Notes: generated by a model not told the origin, from the sequence alone. Positions 12,405 to 27,400 are shown, counted from the first letter of the stretch. The stretch: 64,000 nucleotides of DNA from Lingula anatina (GCA_051362555.1 CM120640.1:58196788-58260787); one strand, 5' to 3'. A program made the numbers and translations.

Positions 12405-15400
12405 ATGGCATTCGTCAACATTGCCATTTGGAAACCAGAACAAGTGGCAGAATGGCTCAAAGGTGAGATTTTATTGTCAGTTTATGGACGTAAGTTTAGT
12501 CAATATATCTCCTTAGAAGTCCATGGCAAGCAACTGATTGTTATGGTTTAACACTTGTTAAAAGTTGTTTTTACCGTAGCTCCATTTATGCAGTTGTGTA
12601 AGGCCAAATAAACAGCGGGTGACATTCAGAATGAAAAATATAAGCTGTCTATTAAAATCTGATGCAATATAACTGTCTTGATCTGAGATACAGAAACGTT
12701 GAACACTCTCTGGGACAATTAAGGAAGCTCGAGCGCTACCTGTACCACTGCCATACAAACAAAACGTAATTACCTCAACCTAGATATACCAGTACTAGAA
12801 CCCAAACTCTACTCCACCCCGGTAGACAGGATATTAGACTGATGATTAGATTGAATTAAAACTGCATACGAAACCACATTGTTTGCATCCACTTCCAGTT
12901 TTCTGTATCTGACTGCCCAGGTATAAATACATGTACATGTAAAAGTATCATATATCAGCTAGGGGTTTGACACCCACCTGTTACTTCACTGACTTTAACT
13001 TATTCAAGCGTACCTTTTTAAAGGCAAACAAACTTGTATACAAACACTATTAAGACTGTTATCAATGAATTACAAATCAGGTAATGAAATAAGCTCTAGT
13101 TGTTAATGCTCATTTTCTTAGGCCTAGACGATGCCATGCTGCCATACTACCATTTCTTCCTGAATGAGTCCATTGATGGCAAGCATCTGATGTCACTGAC
13201 CTATGATGACTTAGACAGAATAGGCATTACCAAGATTGGTCACCAAGAAATGATTTTAGAGGCAACAAATTTGTTGGCATCTCTGGTGAGTAAGGAGTGT
13301 TTTAGTGTTACACATGTACCCTGACTTTCTGTAGAAATGTATCAACTTAATACTATCTATACTAGTATAACATACTGAGTATTCATGTACATGGATTATG
13401 TGTAGATTAGATTATTTATTGAGAATCTTAGGATATAATTTTAATTTTGATATTTGTTATTTATTTTATTTTATTTTAATTTATTTTGAAAAGCATTTTG
13501 GGTTCAGGTTAAAATGGTTTCATATATGAGAAACTTAAGTGATAAATCTTTTAAAAATGAAATGTTGGAAAAGAGAGGTATTTGAATTTTGTAAGCAATC
13601 GCTGTATTCCTTGGATTCAAAGTGTAGGACTTGGAAGTCATGGGTCCTCCTGCTTTGCTCGTAGACATAGGCTAGACAGGCCCACAGTTACATGTATCTT
13701 AAAAACTAAAACACTAGAAATTTTTGTCGAAATAATACTGTCCTTGTTGTCACATTTTAGCACTATTCCTTGGAGTCGGAGCACCTGCAGTCACTGGCCC
13801 TCAAACTTGGAGGCAAGGCTAGACTGGTCCATAATCACTTGAGAATGAACATATCATTGAGGTCCTCAGTCAATGGCAGTGTCCATCCTGACTACCTCCC
13901 AACTGATGTCCTCTCTGATATCTCTCATGTTGTGACAACACTGAAAACTATGGTGTCATGGCTTGATAGGTGAGTTTTGTTGACATATTTAGTTTGAGTA
14001 AATTACATTTTGAGTTATAAAATCGTAAGAGCTCTGTCAGTTGAACAATCTTGTTTTCAGTAATTTAAATATCATGTACATGAATATTGTTAAAGGAAGT
14101 GGTCTTCAGGGAGGTGTTGTGAAATTATCTTTGAGTGCCTCCTAAAATTAATTATTTGATCCCAGGCCCCCATTTGAAGATAGCAGTGATGATTACCTGT
14201 TAATGAGAAATGCCTTTGTGAAACTTGGCTTGGAGCTGACCCAAGCAGCCTATGATGACAGTGATATCCTGGAGAGTGAAGAGAAGATTTTAACAGTGGT
14301 AAGAAAGAAGTCATCAGATCTGTTTAAAAAAAGGAGGGGGTCATGAAATGGATGATATATTGGATACTGTATTTCAGCTTTCATGTTTGTTTCAACACTT
14401 CAAAATTTTCAGTTTAGTACAGTAGATAGTGTATTTAATTTTCATTCCTCTTATATCTCCCCTTAAGCCATTATTTATGTTGCATTTGTCTGTCAGTTAT
14501 CTATAAAAGAATGAATTTATCAACAGTGCCCTAAACTTTGCATGGTTATGGAACTGAAAATAAGTGATTGCTTGTTAATACTCCATATAAGATAAGTTTA
14601 AGCCAAGCAATTTAAAGACATAAGTCAGTTTCTGCATAATAATTTAGGGTTTGACTGTTTATACATGTAGTGTCTTGTTAAAGAGCATTTTTTTCTCCTC
14701 TCCTTTGGACTAACTAGTAAAAAAAGGGTCTCTTCAAATGTAGTGTTTTTTATTCCAGTGTCGAATGATCTCAGACAAATGTGATCATTTTATCCACACA
14801 TCTAAGGATCCTCTTACTCTTCAGCCATGCTCTCTAGAGCTGGCAACCATCAGGAAGAAACCTGAGGAGGAACTGGTAGGTATCTCAGAAAATGCATTAT
14901 ATTGAAGGGCCCCTTCTGGGTAATCATAAAGGTCTTGCTGATATAAACCAAGTGTTCATATGTAGATCATGAGTGTTCCAGATAGGTACTGGCCTTGAAG
15001 TCAGGAGTGTCCTGTGACCCTTTCTGGTCATCTTGAGATTTTTTTATAACTGACTTTAGGCTTAGCTAAGACTGCAAAACCTGGATAGCTGACTATGTAA
15101 AGTTGACTTGGTCTGTTGGTCTAAGAGTATTATATGAACTATTAGCCCTAAAAAATATAGGAAACATACTGTAAATGGGCTGATGACATCAGCTAGACCA
15201 GTTTTAGTTTAAGTTATTATTTAAGTAATTAATTTTCATCAAGTTTCGTCTCTTTTTTCATACCACGATAATAAGAATAATTCCTATTCTCTTTAGCTGT
15301 TATACACAGTTACACCTTCAGTAAATCTTATTATATAATTAGTTGTCATCATTTTCATCAGTTGTCCAATCAATTTGTATACACTATAGGTGAGGAACTT

Positions 15401-18400
15401 TTAATTTATTACCAGGGTATGCATATCCAGTCGTCATACCTTGGCACGCACCTGATAGGAGGGGTAAAGGACCAGTCTCCAGCTGACATCTGTGGAAAAA
15501 TTGAGGAAGGAGATGAAGTCATCATGGTCAATTATCAGATGGTGGTAAGTATGACTTGGAGCACATCAAGTTTCAGTGTGATTATTTGGTAGGAAATTAC
15601 TTACACAGTAATGTTTTTGTGAGATTTGTGTTTTTGTAAACGTCTTTTTATCTAGGTGTGATTTAGTATTAGGCAGCATCCAGTTCATTTGCATCTTATA
15701 TCTCTATTTGTAATGAAATTTCATAAAATGAAAAATATGCTAGTGGTATATAATTTTCTACTTATAATAGTAGTCTTCACTGTGTTCTAGGTTGGCTGGC
15801 AGCTGAAGAAATTGGTACAGATTTTGAGAGAGAAACCAAGAGAAGTCATTCTGATGCTTAAGAAACGTCCCAGACATGCTAATATCTTCGGCCAGCCAAC
15901 TAATCGTAGGCGGCGCTCTCCAAACAAGAAGCCATCCACATTTCCCAAACTTCAGAAGAAGAGGTCTAGGGAAGACAAGAATGTGAGAACCCCACTACCA
16001 CCAAACTTCCTACACTCTGAGCAGGAGCAGCTCTCTCCAAGGTAGAGGGTGTATTATTACTTATTTTGATAATAGAAAAAACAGTCTATGAACAAATGCA
16101 GGCATGTGATGTGTAATGTGAATTTGTCAGGTGACAAATAGAGAGATGTACAGATTCATTAATGTGCATTTTCTTAGGTCAATATTGCTTAAAAAAAGCA
16201 ATGAAGAATTTTAAAATACATTTAGAAAGTTGTACAGATGACGACATACAGAATATTTTGGGATGTTTTTTTTATCCATAATGCTTACTAGTAGATTAAT
16301 GGGAAATTTGGCATGTCTAAACTGCTTTTTATTTGATGTTATCAAGTATGTGGCTAAGGTATGACTGAGACTGAGTAATCATTTAAGGAAACGGCCTTAA
16401 AGAGGCTTATAGCTACCTGGGCATAGGTTCAGGTCATTGCTAACCACAATGTAATATGTTTTCAGCATGTTAGATGCATAGAATGGCCATTTTACCACCT
16501 CCCTAGTATCTGGGAGTGTGTATGTACCTACGTTAACACTGTTCCATGAAATATTTGTTATGTATACGTATTTCCTGCCATATACCAAAGTCAGTGACTA
16601 TTTATGAGAGAAGGGAACCATATGTTTGTTTTTAAGCACCAGATAGACCTCATTATGTAAGCAGTTGTAAAGAGTTTCAGGTGGATTTATAGCTGACTCA
16701 GATCAATCAACAGACATTAAAAAATATGATGTTACATGTACTTGCAGCAAAATTAGTTGTTGATTGATAAAATTATTATTGATATATAGAACTTAATTTA
16801 GTTCTTAATGTGGTCTTTTTGAACTGAGCCTGACTTGAGCATTATTGGTCATGATCTTATTTTTTTGATGCAGCTCGACTTAGACAGGAGCATGTACACA
16901 TGCATTTTAGAATGGTTTGTACAAACAGTATGTAGTGAAGGGCTATCTTTATACTTCAATAATATCTATGTGCCTGCCCCATTGTGCAGACTACTCAACC
17001 TTTGCCTTTCAAGTTCAGTGTTTTCCTGGTTGATATAGCATGGTGTCTTATCATGAGTTAAGTTAAGGTTTTAAATGGCTACACAATTCAATTGACAGTT
17101 TTATATAATTTATTATGTTTCTGATGACATTAAGAGCATGTTTTTGCTGCATTTGTTCAGGGTAAGTAAAAAGTTACCATTGCCTTTTCAAATGGGTTTG
17201 TCAATTTTGGAAACTGATAAATTATGACTCTGCTGTTAAAAATCTTTAAAAAACTATTCACATTTTCTGAAGAGATTGAATTGTTTGTCCAGTGTGATAG
17301 AAATGCTTTTAACTGTATTGACATTAAAAAGGTCAGAAAAAAACTGTTTACATTTTTTGAAGATACACCTTTCACTAAAATGACAGAACTGGGCAATTTT
17401 ATTGCCTTATGAACATTCAATTGAAACCCAAGTGGCTGCTCTACAATGTAATATAGTTCAAATTGGTTAGTTGTTCAGTAAGATTACCAGGTACAGTAGA
17501 TATGATGTGTACACATAGATTTCAGTTGTATGACATGCAGATTGAGGCAAGGTTGAGTGGATCTGTTTGTGGAAATGAGGAAATTCTGACTAAGCATCAG
17601 GGAAAAACATTAAAAATGCCATTCAAATTTGGTAAATGTCATTTTTTTTATGGCAATATTTTTAAAGTATGCAAAAGATAATGTTTAAATATATCATTTA
17701 TAATACTAGAAAAATTAATTGTCAGATATTTTTCTGTATCCTATATTTTGTCCATGCAGCAAATGGTAAACGGAGATATTTTGGATTTTACCTCCATTTA
17801 CCATTATTTCCTTTCCCTTTTACATTTCCTTTTATTTTGGGACAATACTTCCTGGTTTTACAGCTTCTGAGCTTGTTATGCAAATAAATATTTGCACCAT
17901 GACCTAGTTATTTCACCAACCTTGCATTGGGCTTCGCACCTTAACATGGCAGTACAAGTTTACTTAGTAAGAAGAAAATTTGGGACAAATTTTATATCCT
18001 TTTTTAACGCTCATTGTCAAGAAGCAACTCTTTAAACCTGTTAGCACACAGACAGCACACAAGGTATGTGAAGTTGACTCTTGTTTTGCAATTTTCATCT
18101 GAAGTTCAGGAAGTTAGATAGACATACTTATTGAGGAGTAGAGTAATTGAGGGCACCATGTAGTGGTGTTACCTGGGTCACCAGATATACCTGTATACAC
18201 CTGTCACAGAGGCATGTTCACCTGTACAAAACAGTTAGGTGACTTACCTGTAAGATACCAAACAAAGTGATGTATCATAGCAATAGTATTTCGGTCACAG
18301 ACAATTTCCTGCAAATAATGATATTTTTGGAGATACATGTAGGGTTCTTAAAAAAAAACACACTGATTGATGTTCTTTATTTATTGTGGGGTGTTTCTTC

Positions 18401-21400
18401 AGTGACATAATATCTCTGTTGTGAAATGTATGTGGAATGTGGCTACTGATGATATCAAAGGTAGTGAGTTGTATATCTGGTGTGAGTGGTATCAGTGTGG
18501 ATAGTATGTGCAGTAAATATTTAAACAGATTTAAAATTAAGGTACTTATGAGATCATGTGATGTAGTAGCAGTATATGTGCACGGAATTGACATACTTTT
18601 CATCACTTTCTCATTTGTTATTGAAAATTGCTCCTGGAAGTTGAGGTGATGCACGGAATATATGCTATTTATAGAGTTTGATTTAGAGATAGAGTTCTTT
18701 ATCAAATTTGAAATTGTCTTATGTAGCTGGTTCTAACTAATATTCCTTGGTAATCCATAATTGGATTGTACATGTATGAACAGTTTGATTTGGCTAAAAC
18801 TTGAATTTTGTTTGTTGCATAAATCCAGGTAAATGTGGTTAACTTTTAATGTGTTAATTATAAAACAGTGCATGTTAAAATTGTATGATAGTTATCAAGG
18901 GCTGCGCTATTTTTAAGTCAGTCCTTAAAGGTTGTTACAGATGGTTTATTCATAAGAAACACTAACAAGTCACAAGTGCCTACAGCCCCAAGACTATAGT
19001 CTTACAATGTGCTAGTACTGGTACATATCCTTATTTTCATTGAGGCTAACTCATACCATTGTGACTTATCCATATCTGACTTTGAGCAGTTTGAATGTCA
19101 AGTAAGACCATTTGGTTGTTCTATCACTTGAATTGTCTGATAGTATAATATTGAACTCATGACTTAATCAGTCTTATCTTGTCACATATAGGTGAATTGA
19201 TAACCCCCCTCCCCCTTCCTTCAATCTCCAGTGATTTTTTTTTTTCATCTGTCTTTCAAGTTTGTGAAAAATGCTTGCTTAGGACGTATTGTTGTGATAG
19301 GGAAAACTGTCAGTACTTGATTACCTATCATGTTATGGGAATTCTGTAAATATCTCAGATCATAGTTCGGCAGCTAAAATAGCAAACTTCCAAACTTCTT
19401 TTCCTGACAGGATATTAAGAGAAACAGCATAGCTAATTAAATGTTCCTCAGAGCTTTCATCATGCATCAGATAGAGGAGATTTTTTTTACTTAACTTGCC
19501 AAAATGCTTTCCATTGATGAATTGATTGGATCCTCTCAAAATTTAACAGGTGGTCATTGGTCCAGATAGTTTATCAATTGATTTCTTGCCCACTGTCTCT
19601 GTTTGTTTATGTAGGATTATCTTTAGCATTCAATATTTTTTCCTGCATTACATTTAGACAGGGCCATCTTGGACTTTGATTAAAAAGAAATATACTTGTT
19701 ATTACTCATCCCACTTCCTTCCTTTCTTCCTTTAGGTTTAGAAAAAAACTAAAGAAATTAATACTGAAACTGCACATTAAGATCAGGTGATGCTGTCAGT
19801 GTTCCAGAATTAAGTTATATCAGTAAGTTATTAAACCCAGAAAATGATCTTGACATTAAAAAATGATAATGATATTGATCAATAAAAGTTGAAATATTGG
19901 ATATTGCACCAGACAGACCAATTTGCACTAGAAAGATTGTGTTCAATCTGCTGTAAATCCTTTCAGAATACTCTAATGGATGATCAAGTTAAGGTTGGAC
20001 TATATGGAAAGATCATGAGTAATAGGCAGTGTATATGATGTGAATGTCAATAATGCAACTCTGTGGTACTTGTGTAAGGCAGAACAGCTAGCCACTCATC
20101 TAGTGGGGCAATATGGCAGCCGTTAGAAGCACATATTGATTTATATGTAAAAAGAGAGTGTGGGTGGGTGGTTTTACTCTGAAGAAAAAATATGGGGGCT
20201 TGGTACTGCACTCTCAGTTTCAGGTTTGTATATGTACTGAATTTTTAGTTAAGATGTCATTCATATTCATATGGCAGAGTTGTTTTTAAATAGTTACATG
20301 TTGATCATGTACTAGTACTCTTATGTAGTAATGGCTAATTATGAAAAAGAGGTTTACAGTGTATACAAACTCCTAAATGTAATGTTTTAAGTTCTTCTGG
20401 TTTTGAAGCCAAAATGATTAATTGCAGCATTTAAGGATTTCTAATATTTACATGTTGTCTTTAAAGAAAACTGTGTAGTAGTTTTGATAAAATTAATGTG
20501 ACCCTAGGACACACATGTGATGTTAACCCGTGTGGTCTTAGCCTACTGTATTCTTGGCATTACTTACTTAAAAAGGTACAAGATGAATATAATAATTAGT
20601 CTTTAATTTTTATTATATGATCATTCATGTATCCAGTATTGCTTTTTGAAAGTATGCTCTATTTTTAAGATTAAAATGAGATGATAAGAACAATGCTTTC
20701 TTTCACAGAGAGGTAGAAGATGACAATGATGTGTTTCGCAGTGGTTCAGAATCACCCAATTTTGCACAGTTAGATGCCAAACAGCGACGTGCAACAGTGA
20801 GTGGAGGGTCTCCCACCATCAAGCGACCTTCATTAAAACTGCATGAACTAAAAGAAGGTCGTCCACGAGGGAACACCATAGCATCCCCAGAGGCAGAGAC
20901 CGTCTATGATCTGTCTGAGGCCAGGGAGCAGAGAGACAAGAAAAGTAAGTTAAGCATTTTTTTTGCCCTCTTTGGTTATTTTTAATAACTCTGCTAAGTT
21001 TTCTATATTTCATTGTTTTATTTTCTTTGGGAAATGATAAGTTTAAGATATCTTAAGTTTATTAATATTATATAAAATAACAAAGGTGTGAATATTGTGC
21101 ACTGTTGTTTCAGAAGCACAGCAAACAAAATTTCAACCCCACAACATTTTTCCAAAATATTTTGTAGCTAGTACATATTTGTTGTATTTGGAAATACAAC
21201 ATTTTATGTTGATGTTATGAATTGGCCAGATAAATGTTATTAATATACATTACGTAAATATACATACATATATACTGTTAAAAAACTGCCAGTAACACTG
21301 CATTTCTAGGGTATACAAATCCGTACGTACTTATCTTTTGGGATGAATGTATCCATATAGTATATTCCATTACCAAGTGAGTCAGACTTCAGCTTAGTGA

Positions 21401-24400
21401 TTCCTTATATTTGTTTTATTGATTCTCTGATATATATTACCCTGACCAATGTGTTTTTCTCTATCTGCTGCCACAGGATTGACACCAAGTAAGTAGATGA
21501 TAACCCTTGTCTATTATCATGAAGACAGCTGATGCTATAAGGGTGTTTTATTATAATTATTATTTATTGGTTCTTTTGTTTTAATATCATTTGCCACATA
21601 TTTAAATCAGCATATTGCTATGCAGTATATATGGGATTGTATCCTTACCTAGTATCTTATCACATATATGCATTATATGGATGTATTATGTAATCATTAT
21701 CGAAAATAAAACAAAAAACATGCCATTATATGAACCATGCTCTTTTAAAGAAATGTTAAAAAGATAAGTAATTAGTTGTACATGTGTATATATTTGCTCT
21801 ACAGGACTGAGTACATTGTTGGCTTGGAAACAGTCAGGCATGGGAATGGTTGCTTTTTTCCCTTACTTTTGACTTAATTCAAAGGTTGTGCATGTAATTA
21901 GTTTAATGGTACAATATACAACAATTGCACGCCAGTTTATATTTCCACTTGGACTATGATTATATAACATATTTAGTTGCTGAAGTAAATTTATACAATC
22001 CAGTGTTGCTTGTTTAAAATATTACTGAATGAAGGCTTAAATGATAGATTTGAAGGTATGACCTTTTACTTTATGTATCCCTTGCTTTAGCAAATGGAAT
22101 ATATTTTTCCATTCCCATACATTGACTGTATTGTTATTCTTGTTCTGTGACTTAACTTGGCAAACTTGAGAAACTGATCCAGCTATAAAGTTTAATCACT
22201 TTTTCAACCAACAGTCTTTGTGCGAAAAAAATTTGATTTTATGATCAAGTAAGAAGAATATGCAAATAAAATTGATGCCGGTTCCTTTCTTTTCCATTGC
22301 CATTCAGATTTTCATCCTTGATGGAATAATTGTGTTGAGATATCACCTCATTAGATTTTATTTTATTTTATTTTTTTCATTTATTTATTTTTATTTTTGC
22401 TGCTTAAAAATCTGCCAACTATTTGGACCTTTGTCAAGAAGAAAATCCTCCTTTTCTAAACCCTGCACATATATGAACTTTCAATATTTTCAAATACAAT
22501 GCAGTGATCAGTTGCTCTATTTTGATTGAAAATCTAAGTTGTCAAAGTAAAAAGGGCAATCAGATTTTATGTATAGAGTATAGTTGATTCAGTATTTTCA
22601 AATTCCAGAAGTAGAAAAAAGGACATATTAAACTGATGTGTTTAATTTTTTATGAATGCTCAGTTTTTGTATATGATTGATAGGGTGATGGACAATTTCT
22701 TTTGTTGTATATTACACTAGATTCTTTTCAAATAGAATTCTTTTTAGCAGTTAGTTGATCAATAAGATTGAATTACTGCACAGTTATTTTTGCAATGTAA
22801 AAGCAAAAAAAAAAAAAAAAAAAAAAACAGTTTTTCTCTCTGTCAGTAAGGATAAAAATGAACTATAATAATATAACATATCTTTTCTCATTTTACCAAA
22901 ATTTTATTTCTCCACAGCTAAGAGTTTTGCATTTGGTGAACACCTGGAGGATATTCACGGCATAGACAGCCCATTTGGCTCCCCAGTCATACAGCGCAAA
23001 GAGAATCAACTCAAGGTACCTTCCAAGTCCTCGCCCAAGGTAAAGAGATCCCAAGAGGCAGCAGCCAGGGAGGTAGCTGGAGGTATGGATAGCAGTGGAT
23101 CGCCTCAGCTACTCACCATCAGGAAGCTTGATTCAGTGAAGAGGGCAGAGGCAGTGAGTGTTCTTTTCTTTTTTCAGGTTCAGAACATTGATAAATATCT
23201 GAATTTAAGTGTTGGGGCAGAGAACGATTATCAAATGTATGCCATGAAGATACTGTAAGAATTTTCTTTAAGTGATTGTGGCATACATGTACTGTGTATG
23301 TCAAAAGATTTGGTAAAATTGAGTGGGAGTATATGAAGTCAACTTTATCAGAAATATCAACTTGAAAAGAAATGAGAACAAAATTTAAAAGTATTAAATG
23401 CACTTATGGAAACTTATTCCTTTTTTTGCCACCTCAGAATAAGCCCAGTGGTAATGGCAATGTGGCTGTAGAGACTCCACCCCCTGCACCCACTGACAGT
23501 ATAGCGGGAGACCAGAGCAGCAGGTACCCATTAAACTGATAATAGATGAAATTTTGCTAAATGTGTGTGTGCATGCGTAATTTCTCCTGTACTTCCTGAG
23601 ATGTCATGTCATGAGCAACTAATATTATACAAAACATAATTTGGGTTCCAACTTGAGGAATCTGTTTAAATATGTGTGGATTGTATGCCCTTTTGTAGAG
23701 AAATGGCATTTCTTCAAGATATATTTTTGACTTTTTGTTGAATATAAAGCTATACTGTGAAGATAGTGGGTGGTGTTCTCCAGAAGGTGCCTGCTGTACC
23801 CGGTGCTGCCAAAGCTGATGATGAGGTATGTTGCATGTTACTCATTTCATCATTTTATCATTTCAAAATATGTTTTGAATGAAAAATAAAAACCAGACCT
23901 AGGCAACAATACAATACAATTCAATACACTATACTATAAATTTTATTTCATGTCAGGTATAAATTGAAAGGAAACATTTGTGGCTATTCACCAATTAGCT
24001 TAGGACAAACATTTCTACAAATAATGCAATATTTACACGAGGTCTAGTAAGATAGTGAACAGAAACATTTGAAAATTTCCACTGCCACTGTGTATAGTTT
24101 ATGTTTATCTTTGAAAATCAAAAGTTAGATCTTTTTTTACACCAGCTGACATAGATAATATTTAAATTGATAAATGTATGTCCTTTAATTTTAAACTGAA
24201 CAATTATATATATATATATATATATGGCCTCAGCAGCCTTGTGGCTAGACCATAAGTGGAAAGGTCTTGTAATTTATCACCTGCCTCTCCTGTTTATGAG
24301 ATGATATGGATATTGTGTAATTCCTGATAGCAGTTTTAATTGCACCTAATCATATCAGATTCTGTGCCAGGCTCAGAGCTGTTATCATAATCTTCTTTTA

Positions 24401-27400
24401 GTGTGGCCAATAATGCTGAAATTATTACATTTGGTTAGGAAGGCAGCTTTACCTGTTGTGCCTCAACTTACATATAATTAAATGTGATGTTGAGTTGACT
24501 TATCCATCATTTTTGTGGAGAAAAAAAAAAAGATATGGTTTTATCTGTTTTAGTCTCCTGTGGTTCGAAGAAGACCAAAGAAATCCTCCGCAAAATCCAG
24601 AATTGGAGGCAGCAGACGTAGAATCTCATGCAAAGACTTGGGCCAGGGAGACTGCCAGGGCTGGTTATATATGATGAGAGAGAAAGGTTTATTTCACACC
24701 AGTGCATGGGACAAAGTGTGGTGTGTGCTCAAACAACATTATGTTTACATATACAAGTCACCAGAGGTAAGGAGTGTTATTTTTACTTTTTCACTTTTTT
24801 GTTGTATTTGGCTAACAAGAAGATAATATACATATAGAGGATAGAAAGAATCAAGAGAGAGATGATAATGAGCAGGTTTTGCAGTCACATTTGTAATACA
24901 ATGACTTATGGAGTCATTTTTAATTTTTGCCAAGAATTTGTAGCTAATAGTAATAAATAGTACAAATTCATAATTTAAGTATTTTGTGGTATTTATTATA
25001 GGATCTCACTGCAAAAGTGTTCTTAGCTCTACCTGGCTATGAGGTTTCCCCTATACTTGATAAAAGGAGGACTAAAAAGCAGTAAGTCATTAATGATATC
25101 ATTGTCAAGAATGATACCATTGTTATTGTTTACTCAGTAATAAACCAGGTACATTCATGAATTTTTTCTTTGCAGTATCAAAGTCAAGTACCTAATAGGT
25201 GAAATTAAAAGTAGTTGTCATTCATACATCAATTTAATGACTTTGAATCTGTTCCAGTTTTGTTTTCTCTCACAGGGTCGTGGTCCATGATAAATCCAGT
25301 GCAATCCAAATTGATTAAATGTTTGTATATTGCAGTGCCTTTAAGGTCCGTAATGCTGGCTCAAGTTTCTCCTTTGCTTCTGATCGCCAGGAAGACATGG
25401 TTAAGTAAGTGGCACACTTAGATTAACTTCACTACTGTAGATTTGCATAGTTTCTGTGGAATACTTATGTGAAAATTAATTCTATCCAACTACTACCCCA
25501 GCTGAGGTAATTTGCAACCTGTATTTTTATATATGTATATATTCTGACCAGATTGTCTGTCCGTGTCAAACCATATTTTCATTTTACTGTAAATTTTTTG
25601 AGGGGGCTCTGTTTAGGAAAGAGGCAGGTTGCTTTTGAAAATTAGCATGATTGGTTTACATTTATGGTAATTATTCTGTTTTTTTTTTTTTTTTTTTTTT
25701 TTTGCACAATTTTGGCAACATTCAGCTTGACATGTACAGTAACTACAAAACCATATTTTGTTTAACTTCAATTTTACTGAGTGGTTTTGTTTGATAAAGA
25801 GACAGCTCTCCTTTGGAAACAGCATGATTGAATTACTTTTATCATAATGGTAATAATTAATTTTTGCATGTATTTTGTTTATGTTTCTTCCTTTTTGGTG
25901 CCAGCTTTGCCAGCTATATTTGCCAGCTTTGCTGTCTAGTTTTATGTTAAAACTAAAATATATATAAAATTGTTAATTGATTTTCACAGATGGATGAATA
26001 AAATGGGCCTTGCTGCCATTAATTATGATGCCAGTAACATTGTGACGACAGCAGGACATGTTAATCTGGGAGAAAAAGCAGTGGGTGTGGAAAGTATGTG
26101 CATTTAATACAAAATTATTCTGCCTCTTTGCCCAATAATGTATTGGATCAATCACTGAAGTTATTTTTTATATGCATAAAGAGTATAACATTACATTTAA
26201 TAAATAATAAAAAATCTATCATAAGTCATCTGATAAGAATATGATACTTTTCACAGTTCTTTGTGTCAGTTAGGACAAAAAGAAAGCACATTAAAGTTGA
26301 TTATTCTAAAAGTAGTAAAATATCTCTTTGAAACTTTGAAACTTTTGACATTTTCATAAGATCCATATTGTGAACTGAGTGAAAGTGATGAGAGTGACTC
26401 AGAAGGAAGAGGACCTACACAGCAACCCCGCCTGATCAAACAACCCGCTGTCCTTGATGACCAGCTGAGCCTGATATCTGAGGAGGACAGTGTTCTCAGC
26501 TTGAGGCTGAATAACAGTGAAAGACAACATTCCAAAGATAACACTTCTCTTGTGGTTGTTGAAGATAATGAAGATGGTGTGCATCTAACCATTAATCTTT
26601 CTTTTCCTTTTACAAAAAGAAATTTTTCTAATTTTTTTTTTCATAACTGTTTTAAGTATTGTATATCTGTTAAGTAAAGTAATGTGAAATGTAAAGGGAT
26701 TTATCATTTGAACAGTTCAGCTCTGAGTGTTATTGTGAATTAGATAATGATATTTGGTTACTATGACAACAGAAACATTTTTACTATGGGCTGAATAAAA
26801 CATCTGACATTTGGTTAAAGTTAATTAGAGGGCAGAAAAATATCTGTCATGTTAAAAGTTGTTGTTCAAAACTAGTAATGGTAATGAGATATTTGACCTC
26901 ACCTTGACCTTGCAGGTATAGTAGTGGACACTTCAGAGGGTAGAGCCACATTGAGGAAAAAAGCCAAAGCTGGACATGATGACTTTAAAACTATGTGTAA
27001 AAGTATCCACAATGCAGATGTAGATCTGGTGGGGGCTAATCTCAAAGATCGACGCACCAGTGCCCTGCATGTGCTCCACAGTAATAAGAGACAGAGCACG
27101 GACATGATGCAGGCAAAGAAACTACAGGCATTGAGCAGAACATTAAAGGTAGGGAAGATTTAAAGATAGCACGCAATTAATTATGCTGGAAAATAATGAA
27201 GAAAAAGTAAAAATACAAACAATGAATTTCCTTGACATCAGTGACAGTTTTATTGTCTCTAACGTTATATGCTTTTAGTCCACTTAAATGTAGTGAACTG
27301 GAGACTGACGTAATTTTCTTAAAGCTCAGTTTGGCTGGCAAAGTGCCGTAAGATGGATTTTCCTGGAGTAAACCATGATTTTCCCATAGTTACCAATGGT

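Noticed and set aside
19808-19822. 15-nt in-frame microexon candidate in CNK (ccag|AATTAAGTTATATCA|gtaagt)
   Set aside because: Good donor but a poor pyrimidine tract and no clear branch point; not supportable without reads.
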